Source: Camelus ferus (lineage: Eukaryota). Taken from it: 64,000 nucleotides of DNA. Within the stretch, counting starts at the first letter, position 1; every line of letters starts with the position of its first letter. Positions 1 to 12,342 of this stretch are shown here, piece by piece. The stretch spans positions 108,502,001 through 108,566,000 of the forward strand of contig NC_045697.1 in assembly GCF_009834535.1 (NCBI RefSeq), given 5' to 3'. The notes under the pieces are model-generated. The model ran no database searches. It had not been told where the DNA came from and saw only the letters and a list, made by a program, of their open reading frames with translations. The translations under genes were made by a program, and so were the position numbers.

Positions 1-3000
1 TAACACCACACTACCTTCTTAACACCACCCTTAGTCTTCTATGTGAAATTGGTATTTAACGTAGAAATTATCAGGCACAAGGTTGTATTTGCAGAAAAGA
101 GATGCTATTTAATGCCCAAGATATTTAGAATGGTCACATGAAAGTCTGTTTTTTGCTTTATATTTCCAGCTGAAGTAGAAATCAGGTAATTTACAGAAAC
201 ATTCAATGGATCCTAAAGGCTAAGAAAGAAATCCAGAGTGGCTTAGATTTTGAAGGTTTATCCCAAAATCAACAGGTAAAATTTCCGTCATTGCTGGTAG
301 TTAAGAGATCAGCTAGTCCAGTGCCAGCATGCATTAAAAATAAATATAAAGAAACACTCAAGTGCTGAAGAAAGTTGAAGTGCTAACTCCATAGGTAACT
401 GGCACCCATTCCTTAAAAATAGCAAAGGCCTTAACTCAACCATGAACTTCAGCGTATAAATGTCTGTCTATTCCATCAAAACATCTCTGTAATATAGAAA
501 ATACACACAACAAAATAGAAAAATATGAACAAGAAAATCAGAACCAGGAAACACGTAAATCAGAAAAGGTGTAAACCGGAGAAAAAGTAGAACACAAATA
601 TGCTGACAACAATACCTGACGTGGGTTTTAATGAGGCTGCCAAGCAAAAGTACAACTGCGCTTAGTTACACAGCTCTCGGTGCGTATTACGGGGAAGTGC
701 ACCAGCTCCTCAGCGGAAACAAAGGTTTGCCATAGAGAGTTTCTTACAGGGGACAGAGAGTAGGTATTGTCTCAGACTACATCCTACAACACCACAGTAG
801 GGGCTTATAGGTTTCTTGTAGCCAAATCAAATGGTCTAGCGACACTATTTCTATTCACTTGTCTTAAAGGTAAAAAATCTAAATTAGTAATTCTTCCTAA
901 GGACTACTTCCACAAGACAGAAGCTCTTAAATTGAAAATTTACTTCAGATAATTATCTTTTCCTTGCCCAAATTTGTCATTTCAATGAGGGTTGCTATCT
1001 TTTGTTTTTCTCTATAACTTAATAAAAGACTACCATGTTATATTTAAAAAGTAGCTAATACTTTCCCAGAATTGGTGTATTTCAGTGGAATAAACTAATG
1101 AAAGAAAAAGAAAAAAGAATAAAGAACATGCTGGCTGATCCTATGTTAGGAATTTAGGTTTTCTCCTGGATCATGTGCATTATATGACTATGCTTTTCTC
1201 GGTATTTACTTAACAAATAAGGATAATGCTGTTTATCACAAGTCTCCCACGCGAGACTAGTGAGATTTTTGTCAAGTTTTTTGAGATTAATAAGTAAATA
1301 TTGGTAAAGAGCTCAGATCTATTGGAAGGAACTATTGAAAAATTATTATAAGTCCATTTCCTGACATGAAGGTAATAACGTTTTAAATAATGAAAGTACT
1401 TAGTCTCCAGTAAGACGTTAGTGATCTTAAGGACTTAGATTCATATACTATTATCTCTTGAAATATAAAATAACGCATTTTTCAAAATAGAAAAATTTTT
1501 CCCTAGTAATTAAAAACAAAGGGAAACAGGTGACGTATTAAGTCAGGCTCACTCATTCTCCCATCTAGCCTCACTTCTTTCCGTTCAGGCAATCTTTAAA
1601 GGAACACTTAATCCACGAAAATCCTTACTGCATTTACCCTAGTTGTCAATAATTTGTGCTTAATTCTTAGATTCTTGAAAATAGTTTCACATTCTTCTGA
1701 TTTTAAATCACATTTTTGTGTGTGTGTTAAGAAACCACTATGAAAATCCAAAGAAAGCAAAAGCAAAGGAAAACAAGAACCTCACAATCCTTAGAGATAA
1801 GAGGACAAACCAAACCAAGAGAAAGTCTGTATTTTAACAAAAATGCTACCTTCTAAAATGAGGAGGATTATCAAGGGAAACTATGAAGAATATATCAAAG
1901 GTGAATAAATTCACTCTCAGTCAAATACTTATGAATGTGTTTCCTATTATTAACGTCCTTCTGGAAGCAAAGAGAGCTTATGCCACTTTCATAAGCCAAA
2001 TCTATTCAAAGGGTTCAGTTTCAGACTGAGCCAGCAAGAATAAATTTTTTTTCTGGGACAATGTCATTTTTAAAAATCACTCCAAAGAAGCTATTGCTTC
2101 TTTTTTCAGGAAAAAAAGATGTTTTTTCCACTTTGCTTTTTCCTGGAGTTATGCTGAGTTTCACCCACTAACCATGATGAAACCACTTTATTAATATCCA
2201 ATATGAAATAATTATTACTGGGACTCTCTTTAATGCTCTTAGAATATTTAGAATGGTTATCTGAAAAAAATCAACTGCTGCTCTCTTCAAATTTGAAGTT
2301 TCAGGACCATCTGCATTTATATTTATACTTATGTGAATATAAATGGTATTTTATATTATCTTCTTAGCTGATCTATAATTAGTGGCATATACATAATTAG
2401 TGAAAATATAAATCACAGTAACACTGATTGCTTAATGTTATATTATTTGTTTGCTGGCAAAAATGAAACCATGAAGAATGAAACATCAATAAAAGAACTA
2501 TACCTAAACTATGTCTCATTAAAACAGACAAGAATGCTCCTATGATTATAATTCATCTATGATAAAAAAACCCCAGATCTCTTATATAAAGATATTAAAA
2601 CAAATGGGCATAAATAAAAGAAATGCTGTAAGAATGTAATTGGTATGGGAAATCTGATCATGTATATGTATGCATGTGTGAGTGATGGGGCGGGAAGGGG
2701 GTTGATTAGCAGAAAAAGATATACATGTGAAATTTCATATATTGCAAAAATAATTACATAATATAAGTAACAGAGAACTACAATCCAATAGAATCATAAA
2801 ACTACCAGTCCTGAAGGAACCTAGGATAAATAAACAAAATAAGAAAAAAAATTGCTGTTTTAATAAAATCAGCATCTTAAAAAATCTACTACTATAATGA
2901 ACATACCAAGACAACTAAAGGTTGGATTTCAAATAACCTGGGAAAAAGTTCTGGTAAAGAAACAATCAAATTAATGACTCTCAATAGCTTAGTGTCATAC

Positions 3001-3228
3001 ATGACTTATCTAGGGTGGAAAGAAGACACACAGTCCGTAAGTATACTTCAATCTGAAAATTACATTAAGTCCAGGCAGCTTATCATTTCCAGCCCTCTTT
3101 AATACTAATTAAGAGTGTTAAACTGACAATACTGAATACCATAATTAGCATGCAATGTCTAAAGGTGATAGCTGTTGATTTATATTCTCAAATAGCACCC
3201 AATGAAGAATATAATTGATAATCCTTAC

Positions 3229-3363
3229 CTCTTTAGGGAGCAAGGAAATGAAGTCTCGTTGAAACTGGGGTTCTATCACTTGCATCATATGTTTTACTTG
3301 GGTTGGTTCACAACTATCAATAAGTTCATCTAAAGCAAGCAATTTCTCTGGTCCACTCCAGCT
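3229..3363 (-). CDS. FBXW7: FBXW7 third shared exon (135 nt; SWSGPEKLLALDELIDSCEPTQVKHMMQVIEPQFQRDFISLLPKE): D-domain and start of F-box
   Basis: Acceptor cctctttgatAG|AGC, donor GAG|GTAAGG, phase 0/0. Overlaps ORF-track entry 3145..3342, whose remainder is intron read-through. Confidence 0.97.
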
Positions 3364-5939
3364 CTATCAAAGAGGAATTAGAAATTTTTATTATTTTAAT
3401 AAGTGCCTCAAATTATAAGCTCATAAAGGAAAATCTACATCCACATAAAACATAAAAGGTGGCTGCTTGTAGTGACATTTTCTCCAGAAGGCACTGAAGT
3501 CATAATCGTTTAGTCTCATCAAGTTTATCAGCTACCTTTATTTTGTAAAAGCTTTAAAAAAGTCATGGTTTTGACTGGAAAATATTTTTGCCTTATATTA
3601 TTCTAATTGTTATATGTTCACCTGCAACAAAGATACTGGTTGAGAAATCATAATTTTATTAAAACATCAGTTTGGGCAACTGAGTAAATAAGAGAATTTT
3701 GACAGATGATTTTCCTTCCTTTCTTTCTAGTAGGCATCAACCATAAAACTTAATAGTTTTAGTAAGGCACTCATCGGAAGGAGACTGGCAACATCAAGTA
3801 GAGAAAAATTAACAACTGGATAGATTGCACATCTGACAATATCTTCCAGAAACTAAGAGGATTTTAATTTGCTATGTGAAAATAATTTCAGATAAAAAAA
3901 TGGTAAACAACAGAAAATGGTAGCTCTCTTAGTAGTAAAAATAGAATATAAACAAAGGCTGAAATAAAAGAGGGTAAGAAATAAAGTACACATTATGGAA
4001 AAACAAAAACACATATTATGCCTTGAAAATATGAGCTCCTTTAAACTATGTTAAGGAGATTGTTTTCATTAGTTTTCCCCCATGAGGAACACCTGCACAG
4101 AAATGCCATGATTCTTAAAAGGGAAAACCAAAAAGCCATGTGAATCATTTAAAATGTTAGGACCTCCCCTCACAATAATCAAGTAGAACATTTAAATAAC
4201 CTTGAAACACTTAAACGAAAACACATCCTTGAGCAGGCTGATATAGTACCTTTGTGAATTATGATGTCCATTTTGGAAGTGGGTGAAGAGAGATAAGCAG
4301 GTAAGGTTTGGAGCTAGAAAGATCTGGATTTTGACTTTCCATTTCTTGCTCAAACTAGGAATCCGGATTTTGTAACATACAAATAACTGAAAACTGAGAT
4401 ATACTGAGGATACTGGAAGCTTTATTTAGAACACTTTTTAAAGTATTTCTTAAGATATTAACCCCTTCAGAACCTCAAGGAATCTCATCTCTTCTTTCCT
4501 ATCATTAAAGTGTAGACTATGGTAATGCTATCAAACGTTTCAGTGGTACTTCCATAGTACTACAATGTAATAATGTCATAAACATTGTATCTTAGTCCTC
4601 ATTTAATGAGGAGAATATCCCTGAGGAGATGTGAGGAGAATAACCCTGGAGAATATCCCCATTTTACCATCAAATATGAGGAAATAGAGGTTCTAATAAG
4701 CTGTGTTGTTTTCTTTAATTTTGATACATACACGAACCTAGAACATTCTCCTTGAGTACTCACTGTGTATCCTTTTTGGTTAGGGTGAGGATTTACACAT
4801 AGAAATTAAAAATACTCATATACATGTATACGGACAAGTATGACCAATTAAAAGCAGTTAATTCATACTTTACTTCACTCCATCTCCCTCATATAGCTTC
4901 AAACCCTGGTTCAAAACTTACCTCTTTGACAAAACTTACAATGATCAATCTCCACTCATCTCTGACTTAGTAACAATACTATAAACTCTGATTTATTGAT
5001 TACATTCCTTACAGGATTTGAGGTGAGTTGTTATAATATGCTATACCTCTCTATCTACATTATAAGGATTCATGGACATTAGGTATAAGGACAGGTCCTT
5101 CTGGGTGATGAATAACTGTGCTGACCTGATTAAAATGCAGCTTTAATTAAGTCACTTGATAGAATAATTTTAATGCAAAATTCTTAATCTCCTTTGCATA
5201 TATGAATGCTAGCTTCAAAAATATTTTTTGGAAGTATTTATGGTTAAATTTTGATATAAAACTATAAGATGTGATCTTCAAAGGAAGAAAGATAGTAAAA
5301 AAATCTTTCAATATACTACTACTCTATAATTTACATATATATTACATTAATGACTACTATGAATATTTCTAATTTAAGGTAATATACTATGCATGTTTAA
5401 TGTTCTCTATTTTTTCAGTTAATGTATTATTACTGTTTTTTAAAAAGAAAGTAATAGAAAAACAGTATCAGTACATGGTATATAACTGCTAATAGATAAA
5501 AAATGTCTTTTATCAAGGATTTTAGGCACTAGGGGTGATTCTAGAATGAAAAAAGCAGAATAGATGATAAATAACTAATTCAGATCTTAGGTATATGTTA
5601 GAAAGTATGTCAGAAATTGCTATATATTTAAGGCAAAGTCTATGATGAAAATTACTTCCACATAGCAAAATGCTTTTAAGACTTTAAATAACGCTCTTAT
5701 GTTGTTTTAAAATAATATTTAGCAAGTTAAATAAAATTTAAATTATATTTCAATTTGAATTATACATACATTCAGCAGATGTTACTTTGTGACATTTTAC
5801 TGAAAAGTATACCACCGACAAAGATTAGCAGCATAAGCTGTAAACTACAAAGTTGACGAGACTATTTTCACGGACCATACATATTCAACAGTCCAATTAC
5901 TTAAAATCACGTCTCTTATATGGTTCCAACTAAGGTCTG

Positions 5940-6797
5940 GACCACATTTCTCTCCAGCCTGGATTTCATCCCTGAACTCCAGACCTGTATATAATATTGT
6001 GTATGTAACAGAAAGCTACTATGTCTACAATCTTTCTCTTCAAATATGCACATCCACAGTCTTTCCTATTTATGTAAAATGTAACTCTTATTGTATTGCT
6101 TTGTTCAGGCCCAAAACTGGAGTCATCCCTAACTACTCCACTCTCACCATCAGAGTTCTGATCCATCAGGGAAATCTAAGGCCTTAAAATTCAAAATATA
6201 TCTAGAATCTATTAGTAATGGGCCTAAGCTACTATTATCTCTCGCCTGGATTATTCCTATAACCTCTTACAGGGTCTCCCAGCTTCCCACCTTAATCCTA
6301 CTAGTTCTCTTCTCCACAAACTAGTCAGAGTGATAGGGCTAAGAGTCACTCCCTCTTCTGCTTGAAACCCTCCAGGGGCTTCCCACTTCACTCCAAGTAA
6401 AAGCCAAAGCCTTCAGGTTGGCCTACAAGGTTCTCATTTCCTACTCCTCTCCCTCGTTTACTCTACTTTAGCCCCAGATACTTTCTGTGTCTCAAACACA
6501 GCCAGCAAGCTCTGCTTCAGAGCATCTTCTCACTTGCTGTTCCCTGGACTATTCTGTCCTGAGATATCCACATGCTTTGCTTCCTTACTTCCGTCTCTGA
6601 GATCTTCTCCAGGCGACCGTTCTAAGGCTGCAAATCCGTGTGAAATCCCCCCACCCAATTCCTCTCCTGACTAGAATTAAGTTCTCCAAAATAAGGGGTT
6701 TTTTTGTCTGTTTTGTTTATTACTGTATCCCAGATCCAAATTTAGGGCCTAGCATCTTAAAGATGCTCAGTAAATATTTGCTGAATAAATGAATGAA
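5940..6797 (+). mobile_element. LINE-2 (L2a-like) 3' fragment
   Basis: L2 motifs (ctggattattcctataacctc..., ggcctacaagg) and L2 3' end tgctcagtaaatatttgctgaataaatgaatgaat. Confidence 0.8.
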
Positions 6798-7042
6798 TCC
6801 TCAAACAGCCAGGAAATACTATACTGACACTATCTCAAAACTCCTTCTAGAGAGAGTTTCTATTCTTTCTATTTGATGGTATCAACTAGGATCTGCTTGC
6901 TTAGTCTGGTTCCAAGACTGATTCCCAGTTTTGCATATATACATGGTTTAGCAGCAAGGGAAGGACGTATTAACTTGAAAACCTTGTAGCTAATGACTAT
7001 ATTAAAATAAAATGACAACAACCCACACCAGTCTTTAATGAG

Positions 7043-7160
7043 GACTAGTGGAAAGAATACTGAACTGGGGATCAGGAAAGCTAACTTTTGGAGGAGATAC
7101 TGCCATTAATTAGGTTACAGTTTAATCTCTGCAGGCCTTAGTTTCTTTATCTGAAAAAGT
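7043..7160 (+). mobile_element. MIR SINE fragment
   Basis: tagtggaaagaatactgaactggggatcagg ... ccttagtttctttatctgaaaa core. Confidence 0.65.
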
Positions 7161-7549
7161 GTTGGAAATTCTGATCCTAATTATTTTATTTCTGCTCTGA
7201 AAATAGCTGTTCTGGAAACGAAAAGAGCATTTCCCTTTGGTCTTTCATGGTAAAGTTATGTGGGGATACATGGAAGTGGGTAGGAAAAACATTCCAAATT
7301 CAGAAAGGAACCAGATAAACAAAATTTAATTTGTGGACAAAATTGCAAATGCAAACTTGAAAATTCCCCATGAAAGTGCTGTTTTCTTTCAGGTAATTAG
7401 AGAATACAGGCAGCAGAGAAGAGCAGAAGGAGCCTTGAGCTGTAATCAGGGGCGTAGGTTCCACCCGTGAACTCAGTGCGCAACTGCATGGAAGCCCCTT
7501 ATTAGTCTGCATCCCAGAGACCCGACCTGTATAATGAGGGGCTTGGCCA

Positions 7550-7720
7550 GACCAGCGGTTCTCAAATGCTGGTTGAATGGTGCAAGCATCCTGGAGTCCT
7601 ATAACCCACCATCAGAGAGTCTGACTCAGTGGTCAAGGTGGGGCTGAAGACACTGTATGTTTTAAATAACCAACTCAGCCAGTACTGACGCAGGTGACTC
7701 ACAAACCATCAACGGCGTAC
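7550..7720. mobile_element. MER5-like hAT-Charlie DNA transposon remnant
   Basis: Begins cagcggttctcaaa; contains cagagagtctgactcagtggtc-aaggtggggc similar to MER5A. Confidence 0.55.
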
Positions 7721-8484
7721 TAGTCTGAATGATTCTTAGTATTCTGTTCAGATAAATATTTTATGACTTCGGGCAATATAGCACCTGAATTTCATGTGGT
7801 CAAGAACTCACTTCTCTAGTACCTCCAGGACATGGGGAGCCAGTCTGTTTGAACAGCTCCAGGTTTGGAGTACTTACTATCTCCCATTCTACTCTGGGTC
7901 AGTTCTCATTGTTAAGTTCAACTTAACAACAAAGTCCAACTCAAAGAATATGATCCAAGTTTTGTTTTCTGAAGAAACCAAGAATCAGTCTGACTCTTAC
8001 AGAGAAGTCTTCAAAATGTCAGGCAGAAACATTTTCCCTTACTTTTCTTTGGCTAAATATATGACTTTCTTCAACTCTTCCTCATACAACAGAGCCTCTT
8101 AATCATAGCGTTTCAAATACAATGGCAAAGTAATACTGAATTCATTTTCTTTTGGCACTATCCTATTTTAGTATTTTGTTGACTAGCAAATAAAAGAGAT
8201 CCAAATATCTTAGAAAACATGTACAATTTCTAAGTGTTACCAGAAAACTTAAGTCTTTCACAAGAGTAGCTTTTACTCCACTTTTAATTTCAAAACACAG
8301 TATTTTCTACTTTATCATTTAAAAAATATTATGGGAAAAAATAATAAAAGAATATTATGAGTATAACAGGTATTTTCAAAATACATTCATTTAATACAAT
8401 ACAAATATGTTTTGATTAAAATAATGCTAATAATATTAATCTGATGACATTTATATGAAGCTCATGTTAATAGCCTTTTTTTTT

Positions 8485-8745
8485 TTTACACCTGAGAAAA
8501 CTGAGGCTCATAAAGGCTATTTCTTGACTAGGAGAGGAAACTAACATTTACTGAGTTTCCACTGTATTTCCAAGAATAGCTTTAAGCACATTTACATGTC
8601 TTCTCCCTTTTGACAACTTTTTAGTGTTATATCTATTTTATAGAGGCGAAGAATAAAGGCAAGAGTAGTTACATAATATCAACAAAATCACCCAAGTGTT
8701 AAGAGGTAAGGCCAGGATTTGTACTAAAAGCTTTTTCTTCTAAGT
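8485..8745 (-). mobile_element. MIR fragments
   Basis: gagaaaactgaggctca, ctaacatttactgag ... gccaggatttg, antisense MIR pattern. Confidence 0.55.
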
Positions 8746-8849
8746 CAAAGTGCTTCTCATTATAACAGGATGCCTCTGAATATTAATTTCAACATCAGAG
8801 ACTGTTAATGTTATTGGTGTCTTTACCTAATGAAGTGAAAGTTTACTAG

Positions 8850-8888
8850 TATTTGCAAGTGAAAAACTATTTGCAAGTGAAAAACTAT
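8850..8888. repeat. Perfect 18-bp tandem duplication (TATTTGCAAGTGAAAAAC)x2
   Basis: Read directly from the sequence. Confidence 0.9.
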
Positions 8889-9764
8889 GTATTAATACCC
8901 AACGAGACAAAAAAAAAATGACCAATCATCTCCCCCAAAATTAACAAGCTGAAGCATCAAATCTGGTTGCCAAAAAAAGAACCAATGGCAACTGAAAATT
9001 CAAACAGTACAAAATTTCCGTTGGGTTTTTTTTTTCAGTTTTGTTTTTAATTTGCACTTCTATTTTGGAGTGGCATTCTGTTTCAATTTCCCTTTATCTA
9101 AAATGGTGTATCATTTGTTCTCATTCAATTTATAAATTGAGTACAGAGTACTTTGTCAGAATAGATGGAGCTGGACCAAAACAATGCCGTATCACCGTCT
9201 TAGGAGCAATAGCAAAACAGTAAGGGGACAAGCTCTCCCATTTCGCTTGTTATGCAACAGAAAAGTCATCATTAAATGCCCCCACAGCATATCTGCAGAA
9301 ATCATGCCAGTTTAATTATCCCTCAACTATACCACATAGGTCAACTCACAATTCCCTCACTTTATTATGAAATTATCTCTCTCTACAAGTTAAGCGTTAA
9401 AGCATTGTAAGCCTTTAGGCAAGTGATTCATTTCTAGTTACTTTGGCACCAGCTCTGAAAATAAAGGGCGGTGCACCACAATGAGGCCCTGGGTGTGTCG
9501 AGGCAGACATGGTACTCAAAAGGATTAAGGTCTCGACCTACCCGTATAGTTGGACTTCTGTTGCAAGTAAATTTCTTTGCTACAGAATATTTATGTGAAA
9601 AAAAAAATATATATATATAGTACTATACCTGTAGGGATAACTGTACATGGTATTCCTATTAGCTAAGAACACGTTTTCTTCACTGCATCTACTTCTCAAA
9701 TGAAAAGTGATCAAATGGGCCTTTCTGCAGGACAAAAGCTAGCCTAATATTCTTTAGTTTACTG

Positions 9765-9850
9765 AATCTCATTAATTCTAAGACACACTTTTTTTTTTTT
9801 TTACAATTTACATTCTGAAGTTAGGATGCATCTAGTAATCTACGGTACAT
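9765..9850. mobile_element. Tc2/Kanga-MER104-like DNA transposon end
   Basis: ttctaagacacacttttt...tctgaagttaggatgcatctagtaatc resembles the MER104 terminus. May extend to about 10450. Confidence 0.35.
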
Positions 9851-10669
9851 GAGACTGATGATACACAGTATGTATATCATGAGGACATTTCATTAAGGGA
9901 AGTGTGAATGAGCTAAACAAGCAAACACTGTACACAGGACCCGCTAAAACACCCTCATGGCAAAATAAAGCACAAATGCCCCCCACTATAGATCAGTATT
10001 TGTAAGAGTTCTCCTAAAATGGGTAAAGAACTTAAATGACTAGCAAAGAATATTCTGGAACTCTAAAACATTGGAAAAAATAGACCCATATCACATACTA
10101 AATAAATCTCACTCTAGACTACCTTCCAATAAGAAGCAAAACATTTCATATAACATAAACATTTTGGAGGCTGTCTACAATGATGGTAAGACTACTACTG
10201 ATAGTGTAATTTTCCATCATGCAGGTACTTGCCTATAAAAATGATATGAAAGTGGCCTCTGCACACTCCCAAGTGCTGTGTTGCTCACACTGTATGCGTG
10301 TGTAAACATGACAACACACACCCATACTCCCATCTTCTTGGCTGAATCAGAGATGGTAAAAACTCTTTAAAGCATTTTTTAAGACTGTAAATGTCTGAGT
10401 TCTTTTTTCACCTCTTATTGATGGGATACATCTCTTAGATGTGACACAAAACTTAGAATTCTGAGGGCATACACAGGAAAAAATTAAAATGAAAAAAAAA
10501 TCATGAACCTGCGATAAAAGAACTAGGGTGAGGAAGGGGAATAATCCTTAAGGAAAGGTAAGTATAATTAACAAATGACTATGAAAACAAAACAAAAAAC
10601 TCTTTTTAACTGTAGTGGTTCATGACATTATAATTAACAGTAAAGTACAGCTTCCAGGCTTGTACGGTA

Positions 10670-10852
10670 TAGATTCTCAGTCTGAGCACAACTGATATTT
10701 TGGGCTGGATAGCTCTGTGTTGTGGGAGGCTGTTCTTCACATCGGCTCTTCTCATCAGATGCCAGCAGTGTCTGGCCCCCACCCCCTCAGCTGTAACAAA
10801 TAAAAATGTTTCAGCCAAGGGAAAATTTACCCCCTACCAGGAACCACTGCTC
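10670..10852. mobile_element. MER20 hAT DNA transposon
   Basis: actgatattttgggctggatagctctgtgttgtggg ... agatgccagcag ... aaaaatgtttc ... gaaccactgc. Confidence 0.8.
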
Positions 10853-11793
10853 TGATCTCTCAATTACCAACTCCTCTCAAAAAAGGTTATCCTAGTTTCT
10901 CTGAAGTCACCTGAAGGGTAGAAAACAATTTTAAAAATCCATTTTAAAGAAAGATTGCTCCAAGTGAGTTTTCCAGCCACAGAAGAAAAAAATTGGGACA
11001 TTCAGTTTTTGCCCAGGTATTTAAAATATTGAGATTTAGACGAATGGACACCTTAAAAATCTGAAATATCAAATAAAATCAATAAAGTATCTTCTTCAAC
11101 CATTATTCCCTATGTATTCATAAAATACTACCAATGGAGCAGCCAGAGGTAAAGAAATATATTCATTTTACATTAGTACGGTGGCTAGTATCAGAGATAC
11201 CTTCACTTAACGTAATTTATATTATTTACTTTTTACAAGGAATAAGTAACCAAATGTTTAACCCATGACAACTATTTGCTAAATACTTGATTTCTATGCA
11301 TTATCTCACTAGAAGAAGTGATAAATCAATTAAATGTCACTATCATGAGTTAAGAAATTTGTAAGAGTCAAGGTTTGGTTGTAGCCAATCTTCCCGGTAA
11401 ACTTTCAAAAATTTAAATGCTAGTAAAATACAGTCATCAGAATTTGAGCACAATAAGCCACACCCAAGCACAGCACAGATGAAAAGAAGCTGCAATCAAC
11501 TCTTAGAGGCTACGAGGGTAATAGTGATGGATAAGTTACCACGAGTGACTAGTGTAATTCTTACTACTAAAGAATTTAGCTACTACTAAATGCTTAACTT
11601 CCAAACAATGCAGTTTAGGAAACAAGTACATTCAGGAATCCCAGAAACCCAAACACATAGGAGGAAAAGAAGAAAGGTCTTATTATCTAAAAAGCAATAA
11701 AAAATGCAAATGCACACTTACACAAAACAAGCACTGGACCCTCTTGATTAATACACCTAAAAATTAAAGTGTGTTCCCTTATTTTTAACAGCA

Positions 11794-12142
11794 TTTTTTA
11801 TTGAGACATACTTCACATAACATAAAATCCACCGTTTAAATGTTCAACAGTTCCCAGCACACCCATCTTGCTGTGCAACCATCGCCACTATCCAACTCCA
11901 AAACACTAACATCACTCCTAAAAGAAACCCCGCACCTACAGGCAGTTAGTCCCAAACAGCCCTCCCAGCATCATCTAGCAATCACTTATCTGCTTCCTGT
12001 CTCTATGGATTTGCCTGTTCCGGGTATTTCACATAATCATACATTATGTGGCTTTTTGTGTCTGGCTTCTTTCACTTAGCATAATGTTTTCGAGGTTCAT
12101 CCATGTGTAGCACATAATAGCTCCTTTTCATGGCTGAATAAT
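11794..12142 (-). mobile_element. L1M (MA/MB-type) 3'UTR fragment
   Basis: gtgcaaccatcgccactatc...ctgtctctatggatttgcctgttc...tggcttctttcacttagcataatgttttcgaggttcatccatg. Sense to FBXW7. Confidence 0.85.
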
Positions 12143-12200
12143 CCTTTATTTTTTGCAGCAATTAAGTGAACATTTCAAGTACTGTGTTTAGACATGTCAC

Positions 12201-12342
12201 CTGAAACATTTTCAGCCATTCCTGGAGGCCTGTGGGTGGTTGGACAGACGTAATTCGGCGTCGTTGTTGTCCTTGGCCATTGGCTGCTCTCAGGTCTCCA
12301 AAAGTTGTTGGTGTTGCTGAACATGGTACAAGCCCAGTGGTA
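12201..12342 (-). CDS. FBXW7: FBXW7 second shared exon (142 nt; TTGLVPCSATPTTFGDLRAANGQGQQRRRITSVQPPTGLQEWLKMFQ)
   Basis: Acceptor ttttctgtAG|T, donor CAG|GTGACA, phase 2 in and phase 0 out. Contains the SATP (T205) and RRRITS (S227) phospho-motifs in alpha numbering, and the start of the dimerisation domain. Confidence 0.97.

Noticed and set aside
1..3228. Next FBXW7 exon (LALYVLSFL..., F-box body)
   Set aside because: Not found by eye; expected beyond the left edge.
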